NCBI GenBank assembly: GCA_964188305.1
Contig: OZ076893.1
Strand: one strand, 5' to 3'
Source: Podarcis bocagei
Taxonomy: Eukaryota
Length of the DNA stretch: 64,000 nt
Numbering within the stretch: the first letter of the stretch is position 1; each line of letters begins with the position of its first letter. The notes under the pieces are model-generated. The model saw nothing but the letters and a program-made list of their open reading frames with translations. It was not told where the DNA came from and searched no databases. Both the position numbers and the translations under genes were made by a program. Shown one piece after another: positions 13,392 to 23,000 of this stretch.

Positions 13392-13825
13392 TGTAAGGGG
13401 AATTGTAGTTGCTTGTGTGTAAGTCACCGACTTCCCTAAACTGCTTGTTTGTTTAAACCTTTCCCTAACTGAAGCGCACCCCTGTGCGTCTGCTTCAGTC
13501 TCTGGCAGAATCCGTTAGTGGGTGTTTCCTAAACTTTTTCCAACATAAGAATTCCTTGACAGCCAGTCTCCGCCTAGCCTCTCTGCGCGGAAGCCTTCTG
13601 CGCAGAGTAGGCGTGCCCAGTGGTGGTCCGGCACTCTCCCCGCTGATCTCACTGGAAGAGTCCCTGAGCCTTCCCTCCAAAGTGCTCTCATTCCCTCCTT
13701 CCTTCTTGGTGTCACCTTGATTCCCTTCCCCCTCGGAAACCCTCTCTCTCTCCTTGCTGGTTCCCTCTCCTGCACTATCGGGGCCACTTCTCTCTCGGCT
13801 GGTCTCCAATGTCAGTTCCATGACA
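13392..13825 (-). mobile_element. Solo LTR (434 bp, probably Ty3/Gypsy type) containing a 108-codon ORF
   Basis: TGT...ACA termini; perfect 5-bp TSD AGTAC at 13387-13391 and 13826-13830; strand inferred from the ORF 13821-13495. Confidence 0.75.
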
Positions 13826-13869
13826 AGTACATTTTACCCAAAGTTTCTCCTTTCTGTTTTTCATTGCAG

Positions 13870-13931
13870 CTGGAATTTCTAAACAAAGGCCATTCTGCTA
13901 TAGCAGTAGCCTGCCAGATGCAAAGACTTTG
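13870..13931 (+). CDS. VXN: Vexin exon 4 (TGISKQRPFCYSSSLPDAKTL)
   Basis: Polypyrimidine tract plus ttgcag acceptor, GTAAGT donor; 62 nt, phase 1 to 0; resembles human VGISEPK...KSLI. Confidence 0.85.
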
Positions 13932-14607
13932 GTAAGTAACACATACGTAATATAAAACCAACTACCTCTGTGCAATATCATGTGACTCCTGATGATTGCT
14001 ACAAGTCCTGTGAGTGTTCAGTCAAAAATTCATGTAACATCCTTAATCTTCTTATAAAAGAGGTCTTTGCACTTACATTAATCACATCCTCCTTCCGATA
14101 CAAAAAAGAACAAAAGCAAAGGCTGCAAACACACAACAAACCCTGTAAAAACAAATCTAAAGAAATTATCGGACAACAACACAAGCATTAATTTTTTTTA
14201 CATGATGCATACAAATCCAGAAATTATATGAAAGGATAGCAATATTAAGATGATATTGACATTGGTGTATCAGATATAATCTTTTCTCAGCCTCCCAACA
14301 CCACACTCTCTAGTCTCACTATTTGTTGATTGATTTTTAAAGTTTATATCCTGCCCACTTTTATAAAATAATCCAAATTGGCTGCCAGTATATCTATGAA
14401 AACTGTTATTTTATGGGTGAACAAACAGTCCAAGCTTCAACTATTAGGGTCACCCACTGATGTCTGCCATGCATATATGATGTCAACATTCCCTCTTCTG
14501 CCAAGTTGTTAGATGTGTGCTAGCTGTTATTGTGTTGTGTTTTTATTGCATCTTGACATTTTTATTTTATTCCGCCGCCCCCCGCCCCCCATTTCCCTAT
14601 AATTTAG

Positions 14608-14696
14608 CAGCCTCAGGGATCCCCCGTCTCCCATCACAATGCAAGATGGATTGCAGCCACAGAACCAGCCATGAGGAATAGTGTATTTGCAGACGA
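14608..14696 (+). CDS. VXN: Vexin exon 5 (QPQGSPVSHHNARWIAATEPAMRNSVFADE)
   Basis: TAGCAG tandem acceptor, GTAAGT donor at 14697; bridges phase 0 to phase 2; sequence diverged from human. Confidence 0.75.
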
Positions 14697-15539
14697 GTAA
14701 GTGTCTTTCCGTTACCCTCTCCTCTAATTCCACAACTATCACTTGGGCTACCAAACTCAAAGTCTATAAGAACCAATGACACGCTACTCAGACTGAAGAT
14801 CACTGACATCCCAAAACGCAACTTTTAAGAAGTTAAAGAGTATCTGTAAATAAGTAAAAGGGGAAAGAGTCCAAAGGCTGCTGGAAGAGCATAGTTTGCA
14901 TGCTCAAGATCCCAAACTGAATCCACAACATCCCATACACGCTTACCTAGAAGGAAGTCCCATTGAATGCAATGGGATTTACTGCTGAGCAGGCACATAT
15001 AGGATTGCACTGTTATTTTCTATTTTCATTATATGTTTTTTATTCTGGTCCAGGATTAATGAATCTGCTGTGCTGGTTTTTAATGCTCAAATGCTCATAT
15101 GGTCTTCTTCTGCTTTGATGTTTCATATGTCTTTAAATTTAAGTGATTATTGCCTTGCAAGGACAATGGGTCCTGAAAGGCAGGGTGGAAAAGCATTAAA
15201 TAAACAGCAGGCGTCCAAAGATTTTGCCTGAAATATCAGGGTTTTCTGTACTACAAACTTTTTTTTAAGGCAGTTTAATTGTTATGGCTTCTCCAAGGAA
15301 CATTGGGAACTATAGTTTGGTGAAGGAATGTTGGGAACTATAGTTTGGTGAAGGTGCAGAGAATTCCATTAGAGCAGCTTTCCCCAACTTGGTGTCTTCT
15401 AGATATCTTGGACTATAGCTCCCATCGGCCCCATTTGCCATGGCCTTGCTGGCTAGGGCTGATAAAAGCTGTGGTCCAAAACATCTGAACAAGAGATGAT
15501 GCTTAGGAGACTGCTCTCATGGATACAGTTAGAATTGCA

Positions 15540-15542
<3 letters not shown>

Positions 15543-15588
<46 letters not shown>

Positions 15589-15961
15589 GACGCAGGTGGC
15601 ACTGTGGGTTAAACCACAGAGCCTAGGACTTGCCGATCAAAAAGCCAGCGGTTCGAATCCCCGCAACGGGGTGAGCTCCCGTTGCTCGGTCCCTGCTCCT
15701 GCCAACCTAGCAGTTCGAAAGCACATCAAAGTGCAAGTAGATAAATAGGGACTGCTCCAGTGGGAAGGTAAACGGCGTTTCCGTGCGCTGCTCTGGTTCG
15801 CCAGAAGTGGTTTAGTCATGCTGGCCACATGACCCAGAAGCTGTACGCTGGCTCCCTTGGCCAATAAAGTGAGATGAGCGCTGCAACCCCAGGGTCGGCC
15901 ACGACTGGACCTAATGGTCAGGGGTCCCTTTACCTTCATATATATATATATATATATGAAA

Positions 15962-16012
<51 letters not shown>
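15543..16012 (+). repeat. (TA)n microsatellite tracts (15543-15586, 15938-15957, 15964-16012) interrupted by a SINE
   Basis: Direct dinucleotide runs. Confidence 0.95.
15587..15936 (+). mobile_element. Sauria SINE (full length)
   Basis: GGGACGCAGGTGGC head, B box GGTTCGAATCC, ACCTTT-type tail; highly similar to copies at 18166, 42647 and 61304. Confidence 0.92.
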
Positions 16013-16015
<3 letters not shown>

Positions 16016-16276
16016 TTTCGTAGATTTTCACGGGTACAGGAATGCAGGTTTTGGTGTCTTCGGGTGTCTTCCCGTGTAAGAGTTGGGGTGTCTAGGCGAC
16101 GTTTCGACGAGGTCTCACTCGTCATCTTCAGGCTGGTGCTTTCGGCTTGAGTGTTGAGCATATGATATGGTAGAAGCCGAAAGCACCAGCCTGAAGATGA
16201 CGAGTGAGACCTCGTCGAAACGTCGCCTAGACACCCCAACTCTTACACGGGAAGACACCCGAAGACACCAAAACCT

Positions 16277-16280
<4 letters not shown>
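16013..16280. mobile_element. Non-autonomous Penelope-like element: two inverted pLTR copies with hammerhead-ribozyme cores
   Basis: Identical 107-bp arms 16042-16148 / 16174-16280 with 25-nt spacer; 29-nt extension on the left copy; CTGAAGA-stem-GAAACGTC motif; flanked by (TA)n and (CA)n. Confidence 0.8.

Positions 16281-16287
<7 letters not shown>

Positions 16288-16325
<38 letters not shown>
16288..16325 (+). repeat. (CA)n microsatellite
   Basis: Direct dinucleotide run. Confidence 0.95.
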
Positions 16326-16328
<3 letters not shown>

Positions 16329-16478
16329 GATTTTTAACAAATAGTATTTTAACAATAGAAGACAAAAATGGTGAAAAAAAGTTTTAATAAATCATTTGAC
16401 AAAACGGTGAACACCAAATAATTATTCTGAAGGAACTTAATCTTGAAATGTTGAATCTGTTCCCACTTTCAACTATAG

Positions 16479-16668
16479 GCACAGAAGGTCCTTGCAGAAA
16501 AATACTGAAGATGACATAAGCCCAACTCAAGGAGCGGAGGAGGCCTCTTTACCTTTAACGGGCAGCATTTTGCATGGAACACCAAGCCTCCTGCGGAAAA
16601 TATGGATGAAACATAAAAAGAAGTCGGAATATTTGGGGGCCACAAACAGTGCCTTTGAGGCAGACTGA
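16479..16668 (+). CDS. VXN: Vexin exon 6, C-terminus (...EASLPLTGS...LRKIWMKHKKKSEYLGATNSAFEAD*)
   Basis: Near-identical to human LRKMWTRHKKKSEYVGATNSAFEAD; TGA at 16666-16668; total CDS 630 nt. Confidence 0.95.
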
Positions 16669-17701
16669 CAACCCTCAGCCTTGCAAGTGCAAGCAGAGGG
16701 TTCTTCAACAAAGTACAGAACGCTGTCACATTTACCTGATAACGGATGTAGTGTGGTACACACTTCTCCCAAAAAACAAAACAAAACTTCTACAGAATCC
16801 ACGGGGGACGGGGTGGGCGAGTTTAAGGACTGCATCCTATGCAAACAATTCAGCTCATATATTTTGCACATGCTTCTGATATGCTTCTTGTTAACAGATT
16901 CAACTGTGATCATTGCATCAACCCAGCATTTCTTATTCTCTCCTGGTTCATCTGGATTTGTTGGGAAAGGCCAAGAGAAATTACTGTCTCCTCAACAGAC
17001 CTCACGTCAACGACACTGTGCCATTTAAAGTACAGTCCTGCAATTTATCGTGCGACGATACTTCGGCAAATGATTTCTTTAAATCAGTGATATGCAGGCT
17101 TTCAGGTTCAGAATCAACTTGTTTGCTTAGGAACCTCTGAGCATGACAGAGGATTCGCAGAAGAATTCTACTGCAATAATTCAGTTCACCTAAATGAACT
17201 GTTCACCTACTTTTGCACCACATCAACAGAGAGTGCACCCTTGCACAGAGATGAGGGAATCTGTGGCGCTCCAAAGATTCCTGGACTCCAACATCCATCA
17301 GTCCCAGGCAGCATGGCCAATGGTCAGGGATGATGGGGGTTGTAGTCCAGCCCACCATATCATATGCTCAACACTCAAGGTGGTGGTCAACCTGCCTTTC
17401 CTGTTATCTATTACTGATATTCTCATAGATCCTGCTCCACTCTTTCTCACACACATGCAAACATTAAACTTCCAAAGAACTCTTGGGTTCTTTGGTTTGA
17501 AACTGTTGTTCTAAACTATGCCGTTACCAGAACTGGCCTTTGCTGCCTGAGGCAACGTACAAGATGGTGTCCCTCCTCCCCATTCGACATACAGAAGCCA
17601 TGGAGCTGGCGGTGTAATCTGACATTGACACTGATGCCAGAAAAGCATCTTCCGCCACACCTGAGGCTAGTAGGCTACCTTAGGGATGTCAAGATAAGCT
17701 A

Positions 17702-17872
17702 TGTGGGGAAGGGTCATAGCTTTGCATGCAGAAGGTGCTGGGTTCAATCATTGGCAAATCCAAGTAGGGCTGGGAATGTCCACTGTCTGAAACCCTGGAA
17801 AGCCACTGTTGGCCAAGGCAGACTGAGCTAGAAGGACCAGTGGTCTGATTCAGTAAAAGGCAGCTATCTAGG
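17702..17872 (+). mobile_element. Degenerate tRNA-derived SINE
   Basis: B-box-like GGGTTCAATC and the common squamate SINE body (ctgaaaccctgga...gagctagaaggacca...ggtctgattcagta); approximate ends. Confidence 0.55.
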
Positions 17873-18165
17873 TGGCACACATTCTGCCTTCCAGCACCTT
17901 GCTGATGTTTGCTCACTGCTCTGCCTGACGTTTGCTTGCTGCCAACTCAAGCAAAAGCTGCAACACAGCAGTAACAATGGGAGCATGCAGCATGAGAGCA
18001 GAGCGACACATGCCCACATGTGGAAAATCTGCTGGAAGATGTGGGGTGGCCACCTCTATGCCTGTTTGGCCCAGTCAAGGACCTTTCCTAATCCTGCTAT
18101 TTGTGATACACTGGAAAAAGGCAACTAGGTAGGACAAACAGCCCAGGTTGAAAGATTTATCACAA

Positions 18166-18512
18166 GGTGGGTGGTAGTGTGGGTTAAGCCACAGAGCCTA
18201 GGACTTGCCGATCAGAAGGTTGGCGGTTCAAATCCCCGCGACGGGGTGAGCTCCCGTTGCTCGGTCCCTGCTCCAGCCAACCTAGCAGTTTGAAAGCATG
18301 TCAAAGTGCAAATTGATAAATGGTACCTCTCTGGCGGGAAGGTAAATGGCATTTCCGTGCGCTGCTCTGGTTCACCAGAAGCGGCTTAGTCATGCTGGCC
18401 ACATGACCCAGAAGCTGAACGCCGGCTCCCTCAGCCAATAAAGCGAGATGAGCACCACAACCCGAGTCGTCCGCGACTGGACCTAATGGTCAGGGGTCCC
18501 TTTACCTTTACC
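18166..18512 (+). mobile_element. Sauria SINE
   Basis: Homologous to 15587-15936 over its length; TTTACC tail. Confidence 0.9.
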
Positions 18513-19096
18513 ACTTGCTCATGAAGATGAGAATGATCAGAATGACTGTACCCTGGCTTCTCTTCAGATCATATTAATCTTTCAACTTTTACTAAAGATC
18601 AGAATGACTGTCACTGTCCCCTAGCATTTGCCGCCTGAGGCACCTGCCTCATGGTAGGACCAGCCTGAGCAGCTGATTTTTTCCTCAGATTAAAAAAAAC
18701 CAAAACATTAAAGAAATGTACTACTCTGTGCAGCCATGTATCATCACATCCAAAACATTATGTTGCCAGAAATCATAATAACTAAATTCATTGAATAACA
18801 GTGCATCAGTGGCTAGTTAGCGGGAAAGTACTGCATGTGGAAAGGCCCCTACTTTAGCTTTTGGTTATATGTGAAATAATAGCTTTAAACAGTATTGAGA
18901 TGAGGAATGCGCGTTATTATATATTCTGTCAACAATTGTTGTATTTTAAAACATGTTTTCTTCTAATTTATTTAATTTATAAGTCGGAGATATCTAATGT
19001 CAGATTTCAAAAAACAAAGTTGTAGTTTAATTTTATATTCCCTAACACTAATGAAGCTTTTTCTTACATGTAGCAAGTACTTGTTTTATTGTTCCA

Positions 19097-19102
19097 AATA
19101 AA
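19097..19102 (+). terminator. VXN: Candidate VXN polyadenylation signal
   Basis: AATAAA after an AU-rich tract with ATTTA repeats (about 18966-18980); not verified by transcripts. Confidence 0.4.
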
Positions 19103-19944
19103 TGATGTCCTCTTCAGGCACACAGTTCCACGGGGACCAGGGGCAGGGAATAGAGAGCTGCTCTATATGAATTTACAAGGAGTAACTTTATGATATCACT
19201 TCTGCCATCCTGCTTTTCAGACAAATGCAAGAAGAGTAGAGAAAACTGCAATCACTCAGTGCTTTACTTTATTACCTTTTTCTTTTTTAAAAACAAGCAC
19301 AGTTCCTCAACATGTTTGACTAACGACGTTTCCGCAAAAGTATTTCAAAACTAAAAAAGAATTATATGACAAACTATGGTTAGGACAATTTGCCTTGGCT
19401 AAGGGCTGTTAGCACATTATGGCTGCAACCCTATATACACTTTCGTGGAAACAAGCACTACTGAATACAGTAGGACTGACTTCTGAGTCCATAATGCACG
19501 AGACTGCACTGCACAGGGTACTAACAGTGCAACCATATATATGTCTACATACAGCCTACTACTCCCCCCTCCCCAACTCATAACACTATGGATACCCTTC
19601 CCAGGAGTCTTTGATGGCGCAGCCGGCCTGAACAGCTGGTAATCTGAGTAGAACAGATGCTGTATCACAGGTTAGGTGACTGCCCTTCTTTTGTCCTCGT
19701 TGCAGCCTTCAGAAACAGGCCAAAACTAATGCAGCAATTATACGCTCCATGTTTGCTTGTTTTTGTTTTTGTTTAAAACAGCTGTGGCCCAGTTGGCACA
19801 CTTCTCACCCAAACTATTTGGTGAACATTTTTAATCCATGTTACAGGTTAGGACAAAAATTACTCTGGTTGGTTCGCAACCCAGATTTTACAGTGTTCCG
19901 ATATACAAGTTCACTCAGGGAGAAATAAGTTCCATTAGGTTTAT

Positions 19945-20082
19945 CGGTGCTTTTTTTCTTAAAAAAATATGTTTAGGGGTACTCTCATTTTCCTACTCAT
20001 ATTGAAATACTGCCCCTCAATGCGGCCCAACTTAGATTCACAAAATGTTTAGGGGTATGCGTACCCCCAGAAAAAAGCACTG
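19945..20082. mobile_element. hAT-like MITE nested in an older palindromic repeat
   Basis: Termini CGGTGCTTTTTT / AAAAAAGCACTG; imperfect flanking duplication GGTTTA. Confidence 0.6.
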
Positions 20083-23000
20083 GGTTTAGTGGATCTTACA
20101 CCAAGGAAGTGGGTATAGGATCGCAGCCTCTGTTATCCGAGTTTAAGGCACGCTGTTTGCCCAATGCATATTTATTTCCAAGGTGGAAACTAATCCCATG
20201 AAAAGCACATGATAGTACTAGGAGGCCCCTGGCAGCCTAAATATGTCATGTACAGAAGGGCAGACTTGACTGAGCTTCAGTTGCATCGCTTGCTCTGAAC
20301 CTATTGTAACTCATCTCTTAGACCAGGTAATCTTCTCTACGTAATCAAGGAGCCTCAACAGGCTTTACTGGGATGGGCAACTTATGGCCTTCCAGACACT
20401 GATGTTTAGAGCGAATTACAAGCAAGTGAATATATATGCTAACTACATGACTTTTGTGAATTTACGAAAGCACACCCATTCACTAAAATAGAAATGGTAT
20501 GGTATTATTATCACCACCACCACCATTTGCTATTCAGTTTGTACCAAAAAATAATAAATTACAAACAGATATAATGAATGAAAAGCCAAATTTAAAACAG
20601 TACATCACGCAAAATTCCTACAATTCCACAATATAATAAAAAGTGCAAGGTACCAGATATAATGTGTACCACAATATAATAAAAAGTCCGGGTACCAGAT
20701 AAGTCCTAGATACCATGTTCTAGATAACAGGCTCAATTTAGTTTAATGTGTCTTTCTTCAAAAAGGAAATGCCTTTTATTGGGATAGGATCATTTAAGTT
20801 TGGGGACAGCCAACTTCTGTAGTCTTGGAGAACTACTTTCATCTACAGAGTGCTGGAGGATAAAAGAGTATTCCACAAAAACTCAGTAACTCACAAAGTA
20901 AAGTAGATGGCATTGAGCAGGAAAAGCTTCATAGTTATGGTGCACATTGGACAGTTATAACCAGGATTTGACACACAAAGCGACCCACTACCAAAGATAC
21001 CATCCCGTCTGTCTGTCTGTCTAACACACACACTTAGATTTGAGTAGAACTTAGTAAACATTTTACTACACCTTGTTAAAAGTTGGTAGGATCAGCAGCA
21101 CTCTATTGAAATTGCTTTGGGTGCCCTCATTTGACCTGCACTTGGCCATTCCTGATGTGCTCTCTCCCCTGTAATATACTCTTAAAATATGTTTTTGATC
21201 CCCCAGATGATACACACGCCATGATCTCTGAGCAGTGAGAGCTTTCAGCAGGTCAAGGTCGTGGCCTGGGTTGGTTTCCTTTGAATAAGGTCACAAGGTT
21301 TTAAGTGTGTACACACAGAGAGGTTGACTCCAACAGATTTTGCTCCCCATCGTATTTTTAGTGGAACTCTGCAGCCTTCGATTCTCGGAGAGCAAAATCA
21401 GGCCTTGTGTTTTCGGACTCCATTCCAATGCTGTCTGTTGTCTTCTTACTCACATCCACTCTGACACACTTACACATTGATAACTCACCTACAGCTGTGT
21501 GTAAGTTGGGGTAAGCAGACAAACATGTTATTTTTGCTGCTCTTGAATTATCTCTAGTTATTTAGTTCTTGTGAAACGATATTGTCCTAGCTCACACTAC
21601 AAAAGTAGATGCTAACCCACCCAACCTGGCCTGGGCTATTTACTTAATGTTCTGGTTTTCAGTTTTAGCAGTCCTTTTCTTTTTGCAGTTTCCAGTCACA
21701 CAACTATAGAATCAGCCACAAGGGTAGAGGGAATCCCAAGTAGACACTGAGCCTCACCTCAATCCTATAACACTATGCTTCAACACCCAACTGAGTTCTG
21801 CAAAATTTATCTCATTATGCAACCTATGGCCCATTAATAAATAGATGACTGTGTAATACAAGAATCTGTTTTTGCTGTTAGTGATCCAAGGGTCGTATAC
21901 AGCTGACAAGCTGACAAGCTTTACTCAGAATAGATCCACTGAAATTAAAGGGCATCATTGAGACAGGTCCATTAATTTCCAAGATTATATACAGAGATAA
22001 TATCTATACACCCACCTACCCACAACCCAGTAGGATTTTGATCCTTTCCACATGGGTAGCATAATGAGAAACATGACAGTTAGCAGAAAAAAATCCAGTA
22101 TCCCCACCATCCAAGTTGGTAATAGGCAGTTATCTTTGTCTCCCTTCTCAGTTCACAACTGAAACAACCACCTCAGACATGGCAGTTAGGTACCATCACT
22201 CCAACCCGGTCAGATAAGTCCCAACACCTGGCCTACCAACCAGTCTAGGTTTCACTTGTCTCAAATAAAATTCCACCCCTCTTGTTATTATAGGCCACTG
22301 GCAAGAAAGGAAGTCGGTTATAGGAGGGCACCAAGTCTGGCAAGGGACCAACCAAATTAAACACGATTCCGATGGAATAAAGCTTAATTCCTTTTGAGGT
22401 GGCTTGAGGGCACTTGGTGTAAAATCTACATTTCACCTGCCTTGCAGCTGTCATATTGTTCAGAGAAATCAATAGCTGGCAGACACTTAATCACGTTTAA
22501 TGGAGATATTGAAAAGACAAGCACAAAAGGCTCTTGTGTAGATCTGACGGAGTTCTTTGAGGCATTGAAGAACTCACCTGCAGCCAGGATGAATGCTGTA
22601 ATCTGATAAACAACCCATTCATGAAATAACTTCACAAAAAAAATCTATAGTAGCGGTCATATTTATTAAGTACTGTCAATGCTCTTGGCGCTTGGCAGAG
22701 TAACAATCAGCATGAGTGGTCTCTATGCCAGTTTACAAACGAGACTTTAACAGGGGGAGACCACAGAGGATGGAGATGAGAATAATTGTACGGTGCAATC
22801 ACATTCCTGGGAGTAAGTACCACTGAATTAAATGGGACTTACTTCTGAGTAGACAGGTAAAGGATTAGCCATGGTTAGTTTGGAGCAAAAAAACCATGAG
22901 CCTGACTTCACATGTAAAAAAATGAACCAAGCCTTGTGCTTTCTTGCTCCAGTACAGAGCAGGGGAGAGTGAAGTGGAGACTTTTTAGGGGTACCAGCAC

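Noticed and set aside
15539-16324. ORFs with YIYI/VCVC runs
   Set aside because: Translations of microsatellites, SINE and inverted repeat
20626-20701. Short tandem duplications (also 15305-15354, 32168-32215, 51813-51860)
   Set aside because: Two-copy slippage duplications with no spacer architecture; not CRISPR-like or otherwise informative
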